Positions 42,996 through 52,688 of a stretch of DNA of 64,000 nt are shown here, piece by piece. A program made the position numbers and the translations under genes. The notes beneath the pieces were generated by a model. The model did not search any database. It saw nothing but the letters and a program-made list of their open reading frames with translations, and was not told the DNA's origin. Source of the stretch: an uncultured Fibrobacteria bacterium (GTDB lineage Bacteria > Fibrobacterota > Fibrobacteria > UBA11236); NCBI GenBank assembly GCA_963716395.1, contig OY970309.1:1760001-1824000 (forward strand), read 5' to 3'. The first letter of the stretch is position 1. Every line of letters starts with the position of its first letter.

Positions 42996-43096
42996 AACGC
43001 CGGGATTCGAGGCCGCGGATTTCGTAATATGCAGGACGGCGGAATTTTCATCCACTCGCAAAGGGGCGGAGACGCAGGTTGGCCGCCGGGGAGCCC

Positions 43097-44806
43097 ATGA
43101 GGAAAAGCAAATTGTATTACGCCACCGTCACCTGCGTGGTGTTGGCGTTCGCCTTCATCGGCAAGCGCGTGCAGGCCGACAGCGACAAGTTCTATTCGAA
43201 CCTGATTCGCCTCGACAAGGTCATCTCCAAGATCAGCGAGAACTATGTCGAAAACGTCTCTTCGGACGAGTTGGTCGACGCCGCCATTACCGGCATCCGC
43301 GGCATACTCGATCCCCACACCGCCTATTTCACGCCCAAGGATTACGAAGAGTTGAAGGTGAGCACCGATGGCGAATTCGGCGGACTCGGCATTCAAATCG
43401 GCATGCGCGATCAGATTTTGACCGTGGTATCGCCGTTGGTGGGCACGCCCGCCTACCGCATGGGGCTTCAGGCTGGCGATGAAATCCTACGCATCGACAC
43501 CCTGAGCACCGAAGGCATGACCATCGACGACGCGGTCGACAAGCTGCGCGGGCGACCCGGCACCTTGGTGAAGCTCACCATCGGCCGCGAAGGCGCGCCC
43601 AAGCCGCTCGAATTCACCATCACGCGCGAAATCATCAAAATCGCCAGCGTGCCCTACGCCGCCCTGTTACCCGACTCGATGGGTTACGTCAAGGTGACCC
43701 AATTCGCCAAGCGCACCAGCGAAGATCTCGAAGCCAAACTCGATCAGCTGAAAAAGCAGCATGCCAAGGGGCTGATCCTCGACTTGCGCTTCAATCCCGG
43801 CGGGCTTCTGAACCAGGCTATCGGCGTGTCGGAATTGTTTCTGCCCAAGAACGATCTCGTAGTGTTCACCAAAGGCCGCGTGGCCTCGCAGAATCAGGAA
43901 TACCGCAGCGACCGTGATCCCGTATGGACCAAGAATATGGTGATTCTGGTGAATGAAAACTCCGCCTCGGCCGCCGAAATCGTGGCCGGCGCCATGCAGG
44001 ATTGGGATCGCGGCGTGGTGATGGGCCAGAATACCTACGGCAAGGGATCGGTGCAGACCATTCTGCCCCTCGACGGCCAAGAGGACATTCTCAAGTTGAC
44101 CACTGCTTACTATTACACGCCTTCGGGCCGCTGCATCAACAAGCCGGAAAACGCGGTGCGGTTCAAGCATGAAGAAGCCGTGCGCGATTCGCTGCGCGAC
44201 GACACCGATTGGTTCAAAACCCATGACGGCCGGCGGGTACTGGCGGGCGGCGGCATCATGCCCGACGTGCTGGTGCCCGATCCCCATTATTCGCGCTACG
44301 ATCAGGAACTGCTGCGCAAAACCATGTTTTTCGACTTCGTCATCCAGAAGCGTCCCGAATTGTCGGCCCAGGGCAAGAAAATCGATTCCAGCTTCCAAGT
44401 CACGCCGCAACTGCTGGACGAGTTCAAGAAATTCGTCTATTCCGATACCACCTTCACGCATTTCAAGAGTGCGGCCCAATTGGCGCTCGAAAACGTGCGC
44501 GAGGCTTGGAAAAAAGATCGCGAAGATCGCGGTGATACCGCCGACGCCAAGGCCTTGGCCGGCTTCGACCAAGCGGCGGCGCCTCTGGCTGCGTTGCTGC
44601 GCGCCGATGTCGACAAAGAATTCGCCCTCAACCTCGATTTCATCAAACAGGAACTCAAGGCCGAATTTTTGGGCACCTTAATCAGCGACGACGCGCGCAC
44701 CGATTTCGAGATTAAGCATGACGGGCAGGTGGCCCAGGCCCTGCGGTATCTCGAAAACGAACCCCTTTACTCCAAGGTTTTACGCAAGGCCAAGAATAAG
44801 GGTTAA
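43097..44806 (+). CDS. ctpA: S41 family carboxyl-terminal processing protease
   Basis: LDPHT, FGGLGI (PDZ), DLRFNPGGLL, SASAAEIVAG, GKGSVQ, YYTPSGR. Confidence 0.92.
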   Translation: MRKSKLYYATVTCVVLAFAFIGKRVQADSDKFYSNLIRLDKVISKISENYVENVSSDELVDAAITGIRGILDPHTAYFTPKDYEELKVSTDGEFGGLGIQIGMRDQILTVVSPLVGTPAYRMGLQAGDEILRIDTLSTEGMTIDDAVDKLRGRPGTLVKLTIGREGAPKPLEFTITREIIKIASVPYAALLPDSMGYVKVTQFAKRTSEDLEAKLDQLKKQHAKGLILDLRFNPGGLLNQAIGVSELFLPKNDLVVFTKGRVASQNQEYRSDRDPVWTKNMVILVNENSASAAEIVAGAMQDWDRGVVMGQNTYGKGSVQTILPLDGQEDILKLTTAYYYTPSGRCINKPENAVRFKHEEAVRDSLRDDTDWFKTHDGRRVLAGGGIMPDVLVPDPHYSRYDQELLRKTMFFDFVIQKRPELSAQGKKIDSSFQVTPQLLDEFKKFVYSDTTFTHFKSAAQLALENVREAWKKDREDRGDTADAKALAGFDQAAAPLAALLRADVDKEFALNLDFIKQELKAEFLGTLISDDARTDFEIKHDGQVAQALRYLENEPLYSKVLRKAKNKG

Positions 44807-44867
44807 GGGTACCTCTTATAATCGGTCCGCCTCAGGCGGAGAATGCGATGATGAGAGGTACCCTTAA
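44803..44867. repeat. 65-bp inverted-repeat element (MITE/REP-like) with internal TCCGCC-N3-GGCGGA (copy 3)
   Basis: Perfect 14-bp terminal IR TTAAGGGTACCTCT / AGAGGTACCCTTAA, extendable to 22 bp with 2 mismatches. Confidence 0.7.
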
Positions 44868-45197
44868 GCCTCCGGGAATTGGTCGCCATAACCTCTGGCG
44901 TCCGGAAGGCTTTGCCCGCGTTAAATTCCGCGGCGCGCCTGATTAAAGACCGACCGCCGCAGGGGCGTCCGGCCGGGATGCGGTCGCCGGCTTTCCAATC
45001 GCAACCTCATTTCCGAATGGGCTGGCAGTTTGAAAACCGCGTGAGACCCCGACCCAAGGTTCCAAAAACAAGTCGGGTTGTCGCGGCGAATGAAAAATAA
45101 GCGGAAATATATCCGGTTGAATCCGTGATACCCAACCCTCTCCTGGTATTACCCTTATATTCCAGGCAGGTTCATACTACCCAGTGGATATCCGTCT

Positions 45198-47405
45198 ATG
45201 CGCTCGCCCCCAACTTGCCCGCGGAGGGTTTTGCAAATTCGGTTCCGGGCCGCTGCGGTGCTGCTGGTTTGCGGAACCCTGACCGCGCAAACCACGCTGC
45301 CGTTAAATGTGAAGCTCTACGATCATAATTACGGGGATTTTGGGGGCGACTTCAGCGCGATATCCGTGACGACATGCAATTACAACGTGTACCAAGCCGC
45401 GCCCGGAATGGTGACCGACTCCCTTTATTTCGACTCCGTCCTGATGAAAAAAAATCTGCGGCAGGGTCCCAATCTGTGCGGATCCGCGAATATCGGCAAA
45501 TGGTTTGATCCCAATTACGCCCGCGTCTACACCTGCGGCAACCTTTTTTTCAACAATGTCGGAACCACCGCGGCGCCGCGCTGGAGGTTTGACGATACCG
45601 TGTTCCATCCCATGGACAGCCTGAGTTTGCAGCCCACCTGGGATTCCGGCGGAGTGTATTTACCGCATGATTTCGCCTTTTGCATGGAGATCAACACCGG
45701 GTTCGTTTACCAGGGTGGGGATTCGATGTGGTTCAAGGCCGATGATGATTTGTGGGCATATCTCGACAACCATCTGGTGGCGGATTTGGGTGGCGTGCAT
45801 TATTACCAGCAAGCCACGGTGAAGTTGGACACCTTGCCGTTCTTGCGGGGGCGCCAAGGTCAAAATCTGGATTTGGATGTTTACTACTGCGGCCGTCAGC
45901 CCGCCACCACGGTGTTCGGCATGGAGACCAATGTGAAACTGACGCCGCTCGCCGTCAAAGATTTGCAAATCGTCGATACCTTGGGGCAACCGGTGATCGC
46001 CAAAAGCATCATCGTCGGGAAAACCCGGGTGTGCGCGCGTCCCGATTTCCTGGTGCCCGGTGATGCGTCTTGCGGCAATTACGAGATGCCCGCGGGGCTC
46101 AGCTTTCTGGACGCCGACTGGGTGTTGAACGGCCAGACGCTTTCCATCAGCGGCGGCCAGCAATGCCTCGATCTCGATCCCTCGCAATTCGCCAACAACC
46201 AGAAAATCAACATCACCGCCACGGCCGAAGACAAGACCGCCGGCATCACCCTGACCTTGGTACGGGTGGCAAAACCGGTGGCGGGATGGCTGCACGGAAA
46301 CGGACGCGCCGAAACCGTGCAATTGAATTTGGATACAGCGGGCGGCCCGGCCCCCAATGGCCTGCAAACCGCCTTCACGTTCGCGGGCCGGGAACATACC
46401 CTCTGGGCCTACCCCGCCGGTAACTCCCCGGATACCCTGGTTTTGACCGGCACACTGGGCACCGATCCCGGCCCGTTGGGACTCACCGGCTTCACCCCCA
46501 TCCCGGCGGCCACGCAGCAAACCATTTACAGCCAAGTCATCGCCGAAAGCTGCTCTTTGAAAGACGGTGTCAGCCCGATTGCCACCTCAGCCCGATTCGA
46601 CTGGGATACTTCGGGATCCGGCTTTCCCGCCGTTCTGAATCTGGGGCTTTCCGAACCCTTGTCCACCCCCGCCAACCTGCTGGTGAACGCGGTGGCGGTG
46701 CAAGGGCCCGATGGGTCGGCCCTGAACCTTTCCGTCGCGGGGTGCCGGGGACTGTATCCGGATGCAGCGCAGATCCGGTTGCTGCTCCCGGAACTCGTAG
46801 CGGAAAATCTAAGGCCGGGAGACAGCTTGACCTTGACCGCGGCGGCGATGGATACGGCGGGTAATCCCGCGCAGCCGTATTTTATCGCGGTTGATTTTCC
46901 CAACGACCTGTCGCCTCAGATCGGGAATGTGCATTTCCAAAACGCCTTCACCATTGGAGCCGAGGTGAATCCCCTCGACGGAGATCCCGTCATGGTTTTG
47001 GTCGACGCCTCGGGAAACCCACTCTGGGACCGCGAACCCGACAGCCGGTTGGCAGCCATGCGCGGCCCGGTGCTGGAAATCTCCACCCAGGTACCGCTGA
47101 GCCGGATTCAACTCCAATTTTTCGACCATCTGGGAAATTTCATCAACGCCTGGGATCAGACTTTAACCGCGGCGGATTGGGAGCGCGTTTTGCGTGCCGG
47201 GGGTTCCGGAGACACCGAAGTGTATTTGATGTGGGTTCCCGTCTCAAGCACCGGGCATCGGGTCGGTACCGGCGTGTATATCGTGCAGGGGCAGGTGTGG
47301 AGCGATTATGGTTCCCCGGTTTCCGGCGCCGACGGGGTATTGATGAAAGCGCGCGCCACGCACATCAACGTGAATCCAATCCGTTTCGGATACGTCCGCC
47401 ACTGA
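45198..47405 (+). CDS. Fibro-slime (PA14-like) domain surface protein
   Basis: HDFAFCMEI, FKADDDLWAYLDNHLVADLGGVH, YYCGRQ; tail FFDHLGNFI...GHRVGTGVYI. Confidence 0.85.
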   Translation: MRSPPTCPRRVLQIRFRAAAVLLVCGTLTAQTTLPLNVKLYDHNYGDFGGDFSAISVTTCNYNVYQAAPGMVTDSLYFDSVLMKKNLRQGPNLCGSANIGKWFDPNYARVYTCGNLFFNNVGTTAAPRWRFDDTVFHPMDSLSLQPTWDSGGVYLPHDFAFCMEINTGFVYQGGDSMWFKADDDLWAYLDNHLVADLGGVHYYQQATVKLDTLPFLRGRQGQNLDLDVYYCGRQPATTVFGMETNVKLTPLAVKDLQIVDTLGQPVIAKSIIVGKTRVCARPDFLVPGDASCGNYEMPAGLSFLDADWVLNGQTLSISGGQQCLDLDPSQFANNQKINITATAEDKTAGITLTLVRVAKPVAGWLHGNGRAETVQLNLDTAGGPAPNGLQTAFTFAGREHTLWAYPAGNSPDTLVLTGTLGTDPGPLGLTGFTPIPAATQQTIYSQVIAESCSLKDGVSPIATSARFDWDTSGSGFPAVLNLGLSEPLSTPANLLVNAVAVQGPDGSALNLSVAGCRGLYPDAAQIRLLLPELVAENLRPGDSLTLTAAAMDTAGNPAQPYFIAVDFPNDLSPQIGNVHFQNAFTIGAEVNPLDGDPVMVLVDASGNPLWDREPDSRLAAMRGPVLEISTQVPLSRIQLQFFDHLGNFINAWDQTLTAADWERVLRAGGSGDTEVYLMWVPVSSTGHRVGTGVYIVQGQVWSDYGSPVSGADGVLMKARATHINVNPIRFGYVRH

Positions 47406-47412
47406 GGTACCC

Positions 47413-48171
47413 TTAGGGCGAAAGCCAAATGATGGCGGCCGGATTCCAACCGGTGGCGGTGAAGCTGGAATCGGTGTTCAGCGAATCCTGGGAAGTATAC
47501 ACGAGGCTGTCCCGCGACAGGGCGTTGAGGGCGTAAATCCCGGGCGGCAGGCTCGGTAACAGGAAGGATCCGTCCGCCTGCACGGCGGCCGCAAACGGCG
47601 AGCCGGAAATGAAAATCGAGTCCAAGCCCAAAGTCTCTCCTACAAGTCCCACCTGGCCGCGCAGGTTCGTGGCCGGCGGACTGAGCGCCAACGATCCCGA
47701 AAGCACGCCGTTGTTGAGAACCCAGGGATGGCCCTGGGTTTTTTGAAACCGGTAGTCGCTGCCCGAACGCGTCAGCAAAAAATCGCTGGCGAAGGCCTGA
47801 CCGCCCGGATTGAGGCCGATCAAATTGAATGCGATGGTGTCGGAGTTGGGCCAGGGAATGCCGCGCGCCTGGGCCTGCGTCATGGCCGACACCAGCGCTG
47901 CGGGCGTGATTTGCACCGTGTTCTGGGCCGAGGGCGTCGATTGTTCCAGGATCGCTTCCGTATCGAAGACCGGGTTTTGGAAGCGCGCGTAAACCCGCAC
48001 CGTACCCGCAGTGTTTCCATCGGGGTTGGTGAGGGAAACCGCCAGGGCCGGATACTCCACGTCATCGGTTCCCCCGCAGGCCGCGAAAAAGAAAATCGCC
48101 AACCCCGGCCAAATCAAGCCCGAAAACAGCCTCCGCCGGAGGAAGGACCTGCCTGCAAACAGAGGGCTCAT
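47413..48171 (-). CDS. Hypothetical lipoprotein coupled to the TIGR02147 gene
   Basis: Lipobox FFFAAC; IFISGSPF...DGSFLLPSLPPGIYAL (carboxypeptidase-regulatory-like strands); ATGA overlap. Confidence 0.7.
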   Translation of the reverse strand: MSPLFAGRSFLRRRLFSGLIWPGLAIFFFAACGGTDDVEYPALAVSLTNPDGNTAGTVRVYARFQNPVFDTEAILEQSTPSAQNTVQITPAALVSAMTQAQARGIPWPNSDTIAFNLIGLNPGGQAFASDFLLTRSGSDYRFQKTQGHPWVLNNGVLSGSLALSPPATNLRGQVGLVGETLGLDSIFISGSPFAAAVQADGSFLLPSLPPGIYALNALSRDSLVYTSQDSLNTDSSFTATGWNPAAIIWLSP

Positions 48172-49043
48172 GGTTTTTTCTTGGGCACCGCCTCCGGTCC
48201 CCATTCCGGAAGTATGGTGTTGGGAAAGAGTTGGATGTTCACGGTATAAACCCGATCTTCTTCCCGGTCCGACGCCACCAGGGCTTTGAGATCCTCACGA
48301 AAGGAGCGAACCCGCTCCCGCAATTCCTGGAACCCTTGGTGGGAGACATAGACGGTCATAGTGCTGTACTCCAAATCCGAAGTGGGAATGTGGGGCATCA
48401 CTTCTTTGGCGAGGTTGAGCATTTCCACGATGCGGGTTTTATTGCTGAAGTTTTTCTGATCGGGTTCCATGGTGATATGGGGATCCGTAACCGCATAACC
48501 GTTGGCGGTTTTGGTAATCAAGCCCAACTTCAAAAGCAGCCTTACCGCCTCCTCCACTTCTCGGACGGTGAGTTGGGGAAAGATTTCCTGGCCGATGCTT
48601 TCCGCATTTCTTTCCTTCGGGCGGATGCCGAAAAAAGCGCGGATCACCGAGTTTTGCCATTTCGCATAAAACTCGAAGCGATCTTTGGTGATGATGCGCG
48701 TTGGGGATTTTTTGTACTTGGCCAGAGCGGCGTAGAAGTGCTGCTTGCTCTCCTCGTTCTTCGACTGGTTGAATTGCACCAGTAATTCGAAATAACTTAA
48801 TTCGGAGGCCGTTAGTTTCATCGCTTTGGCCAATTTGAAGCGCAAATCTATGGTGAGATTCCGCTTGCCCGCGATAACTTTGGTGAAAAAGCTGGAATAC
48901 GACAATGGCAGTCCCGCATGTTTGGCAAACCCTCGCAGGGAAAAGCGGTAATCTTCCATTTTACGCGTGGAGAAATAATCCTCGAGAAACCGCCGGTAAT
49001 CCAGGTAATTGAAAACAGAGGGAGAGCTTTTGGGGTTCGCCAT
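48168..49043 (-). CDS. TIGR02147 family protein (Fibrobacterota paralogous HTH/DUF4423 family)
   Basis: VFNYLDYRRFLEDYF...FSLRGFAKHAG...VIAGKRNL...YFELLVQFNQSK...FYAKW...DRVYTVNIQLFP. Confidence 0.9.
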   Translation of the reverse strand: MANPKSSPSVFNYLDYRRFLEDYFSTRKMEDYRFSLRGFAKHAGLPLSYSSFFTKVIAGKRNLTIDLRFKLAKAMKLTASELSYFELLVQFNQSKNEESKQHFYAALAKYKKSPTRIITKDRFEFYAKWQNSVIRAFFGIRPKERNAESIGQEIFPQLTVREVEEAVRLLLKLGLITKTANGYAVTDPHITMEPDQKNFSNKTRIVEMLNLAKEVMPHIPTSDLEYSTMTVYVSHQGFQELRERVRSFREDLKALVASDREEDRVYTVNIQLFPNTILPEWGPEAVPKKKP

Positions 49044-49582
49044 CGAATTTTGCGCTCAAGTTCAAACTAAGAATACCGCCGGGGTGCCACGCAAATGGAT
49101 TGCTGCGGGGGCCGAAATGAGTACAAAACGTCTTCATTATTCGTCGAAATCGGTTCTGGGTGCGTGGAGGCTCACGATACATTCCCCAAAGCAAGGAGAG
49201 GAGTTGTGCACGTTTTGGTTTCCGGAGATGGCGTGATGGTGTCGACTCGGTTATCGTCCATCGCACCGCCGAAAGTGGATAGGGGCGGAATTCCGGACAA
49301 CTTCAAGGAGCGCTTCACAATTCCCCCTCCATTTTCCGTTTTTATCTTTAAATTCTGATGTGGAGAGCGGATTTTTATGGCGCAGCGGAAACGTTTCGGC
49401 AATTCCGAGCGGGGCAAACTGGGGTGTAAATATCAACTCCGGTGCCTTTGAATTTCCGCTTCCTGCGGGGCGGGAAATCAGCAAAAGCAATGGTGCGAAC
49501 GTTCCCAAAGGCGAGAGGATTTTGTCTGCGGGGTTTTAAGGGGATTAAAATGAAAACATGGCGGTCAATACAGGGGAGTGGG

Positions 49583-50920
49583 ATGAAGAAGCAACTTGGA
49601 ATCGGTTTCGGGGTCGCGGCGGCTTTGGCATTGATCGCCGCCCCCAATGCCCATGCGCAGCAGGATTACATGCCCCCGATGAGCGGTTGGCCGACTGGCG
49701 TTCAGACCCAATGGCAGGTGCAGGGCGAATATTACGGTTCGCAAACGCAAGATACCACCAAACATCTCGGCGCCTGGGTGGTAGCCAATGGAGGATCGAG
49801 CTACGGGCTTGTTATTCTGCCGGGAGGCCTGTTGACATTGCCGGGACAGCCATACGGTGGATGGGATACGAAAACTTTGTACCAAGGAACGGGAACGAGT
49901 GGTCCAGTAAATGGAACTCTTAACGGAAAAGTGTTCAACGTGAGCACCGCAACGGGCGGTTTTGTTTCAGATAGTATTACAGGAAATGGTGAAGCCAGAT
50001 CGCTTTATGTTCATAATGGCGGTACGGCATACGTCTTACAAAGGGTAAAACGCCATAGTCCCACCTTAGGGTTGAAGTATTCAGCGATTGCAAATATTCC
50101 AGGTGGAAGTGGAGTTGTTTCTCTCTTTGACTCTGCCACCGGCCAAGCGGATTTGTCGAAATGGGCTACGAACAATAACGACGGTGGTACGGGTACCTCC
50201 GGTCCTATACTCCGCAATAATTATCTCTACCGCGGGGTACATTCCGTGTCAGCCTTTGGTAGAGTTTTCATGCACATAGAATTTTTTTCCTGTTTTAACC
50301 CTACGGCAACGGGTCAAGGTCGGGCCAATAGCGGGGTTTATCAGCAAGGTCGATACGAAACCCAGGTATTGGATAATTTTGGTTTGCCGGCGATTAATGT
50401 GGATACTTATGGTGCGATTTACAGCATCAAAGATCCTCCGTTTGACCCTGAATTACCTCCTCAAGTTACCCTCCAAACCTATGACATATATTTTTCGCCC
50501 AGAACATCAGGCGGGGAAAATGATGTGGCCGGGTCTGCTTATTTCACCGTTTATGCGAACGGAGTATTGGTACAGGATTCAACCTTAGCTACGCATACAA
50601 CTACTTCACCTTATAATCAAATGGGCACCGACAATCAGCCGGTATTTTTACAAAATCATGGCAACGAAGTCGTCTTCAACAATATTTGGGTGGTCCCAAA
50701 CGCAACGGTTACTTCTTTGCCTTATAGTTCAATTTTGGCCGCCGCCTTGCCCCCTACTAGCGTAATGAATCCATTCAGTATTAAGCGCCCGAACAATAAA
50801 AGTGCGCTCAAATTGCTCGGAATCGGAGATGGGTTTGATTTGACGGGTCGGCACATTCATCGTGACGGAGCCGAGCTTTCCATCCTACCTGTTTTCATTC
50901 TTCCGAAGAAATCCAATTAA
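49583..50920 (+). CDS. Secreted DUF1080 (3-keto-disaccharide hydrolase-like) protein
   Basis: Signal peptide ending AHA; GQGRANSGVYQQGRYETQVLD, GAIYS, QTYDIYF, LQNHGNEVVFNNIW. Confidence 0.85.
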   Translation: MKKQLGIGFGVAAALALIAAPNAHAQQDYMPPMSGWPTGVQTQWQVQGEYYGSQTQDTTKHLGAWVVANGGSSYGLVILPGGLLTLPGQPYGGWDTKTLYQGTGTSGPVNGTLNGKVFNVSTATGGFVSDSITGNGEARSLYVHNGGTAYVLQRVKRHSPTLGLKYSAIANIPGGSGVVSLFDSATGQADLSKWATNNNDGGTGTSGPILRNNYLYRGVHSVSAFGRVFMHIEFFSCFNPTATGQGRANSGVYQQGRYETQVLDNFGLPAINVDTYGAIYSIKDPPFDPELPPQVTLQTYDIYFSPRTSGGENDVAGSAYFTVYANGVLVQDSTLATHTTTSPYNQMGTDNQPVFLQNHGNEVVFNNIWVVPNATVTSLPYSSILAAALPPTSVMNPFSIKRPNNKSALKLLGIGDGFDLTGRHIHRDGAELSILPVFILPKKSN

Positions 50921-50924
50921 AAAA

Positions 50925-50976
50925 TCGACTGTGAAGGCAACTGTGATGGGGAGAGTAATTATCCCTATCACAGTCG
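50925..50976. other. Intergenic hairpin with a duplicated left arm
   Basis: TCGACTGTGA (50925) and ACTGTGATGGGA (50940) can each pair with TCCCTATCACAGTCGA (50961-50976). Confidence 0.5.
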
Positions 50977-51025
50977 AATTTAACTAAAATTTGGTTTTGA
51001 GTTTTCCCCGTTTCTGAAAGGAGTC

Positions 51026-52378
51026 GTGATGCTAGACTACAAGAAGTATTCCATTCTTGGCGTGTTTGTGATGGGAGCGGCCATGGGAATCAGCGCCGAT
51101 GTATCAACTGTAAAGTTGGATCCTTTAAATGTGCAAGCAAACTGGGAGGCCGGACAAATCGAAAGCTTCGATAACCGGGGAAATCAAACTGCGGCTCAGA
51201 TCAAAGACAAGCAACTCATCAGCCATAGTTCCGTTTGGTTGTTACAACAGGCGCAACTGTCGGATAATGTGAAGGTTTCTTTGGGCGTGGGCGGAATTTA
51301 TTTCTTCATTCCAGCGTCCCCGAGTAACTATTACAGTTTTGGCCAACGTTCCGCTTTTGGCATATCCGATTTGCATCTTGAATGCAATTTCTGGAAAATG
51401 GAGGAAAACGACCATGGCTTATCCCTGAAAGTGGGCGTTTTCCCCTTCAAATACAACGAAGATGCCAAGAATCTGGGTGAATACATGTTTCGAACCTATT
51501 CCTATCCCACGGTTATTTATACCGGTGGTTTGGTGGTGTTAAATACTGCGGGTGTGCAATTGAATGGTGTGGATGCGAATACGAAAATCGCCGGACTCAA
51601 TAATGACCTAATGGTCACCATCAAAACCGATCAAGCTCCCAGCGGCGCTTTGAGCTTGACCGATATCTTTTCCTATTCCATCAAGAATGTTTTCACATTG
51701 GGCGGGGGTTACCAATTCGATAATTTTTATGATGCGACGGGCCTGGTAAACGGGAACTATAATTCGCGGGGAATTGCTAATTACTATGTACTTTCGGATG
51801 GAAGCGTTGTATACGGAACTCTTCCGGCCGCAGATTCTTCGCTGCTTGTCAGTTCCGGTCATTATACCTTCGCCGGTCAAAAAGCCATGGGGAGGGCTTC
51901 GCTGGATCTTGGGAATTTGATTTCCAGTTTCATACCGAACTCATTTCTGACCGATAAGCAATTTCGCCTTTACGGCGAAGTCATCGCGATGGGGATCAAG
52001 GATTATCCCGGATATTATCAGAAGCTCAGCGATCGCATCGCTTATATGTACGGATTGAATATTCCCACGGGAAATTTATTGGATGTGCTGTCCGTGGAAG
52101 CCGAATATTGCCGGAACCCCTATCCGGATAACTCCTTCGAACCCTTACAAGACCTTGCGCCCGTGCCCAATACCAGCGCGGGTATTGATGGCAAATCGGA
52201 TAATTTCAAGTGGACCATTTATGCCCAGAAAAAAATCATCAACGGATTTTCAATTACCGCACAGGCGGCCCGGGATCACATGCGCCTCGTGGATTTCTTC
52301 GGTCATTACTATGATCAAACCATCATGCAGCACCCCCAAAACTGGTATTGGGCCTTCCAGCTCGGGTATTCGATTTAA
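51026..52378 (+). CDS. Hypothetical outer-membrane beta-barrel protein
   Basis: Signal peptide; alternating aromatic strands; C-terminal WYWAFQLGYSI resembles a BAM-type terminal strand. Confidence 0.7.
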   Translation: MMLDYKKYSILGVFVMGAAMGISADVSTVKLDPLNVQANWEAGQIESFDNRGNQTAAQIKDKQLISHSSVWLLQQAQLSDNVKVSLGVGGIYFFIPASPSNYYSFGQRSAFGISDLHLECNFWKMEENDHGLSLKVGVFPFKYNEDAKNLGEYMFRTYSYPTVIYTGGLVVLNTAGVQLNGVDANTKIAGLNNDLMVTIKTDQAPSGALSLTDIFSYSIKNVFTLGGGYQFDNFYDATGLVNGNYNSRGIANYYVLSDGSVVYGTLPAADSSLLVSSGHYTFAGQKAMGRASLDLGNLISSFIPNSFLTDKQFRLYGEVIAMGIKDYPGYYQKLSDRIAYMYGLNIPTGNLLDVLSVEAEYCRNPYPDNSFEPLQDLAPVPNTSAGIDGKSDNFKWTIYAQKKIINGFSITAQAARDHMRLVDFFGHYYDQTIMQHPQNWYWAFQLGYSI

Positions 52379-52688
52379 TCCAGGGAGTACAATCCGAGAT
52401 CCGGTAACTGGATTACTGCGGCGGCAAAAGTCCGGCCGATGGGAATGCCGGTGGGCGCAAATCCGCCGGCTTCATTTTTCCGTTCCGAAATTCCAAACAA
52501 TCGTCCATCGCCCTCTAAACGAAATGAGGGCGGCTGCACTTCACAATTCCCCGTTTTTCTCAGGATTGATTCAAAAAACCGAATAACCCTTTTGAATCTC
52601 TGTGACCGGCGTCACCAGCCGGCGTAACCGAATTTTTAACATTTCCGTCCAAGAGTTTTAATTCCGTTCCGCGGCGGAAGGATGGGGT

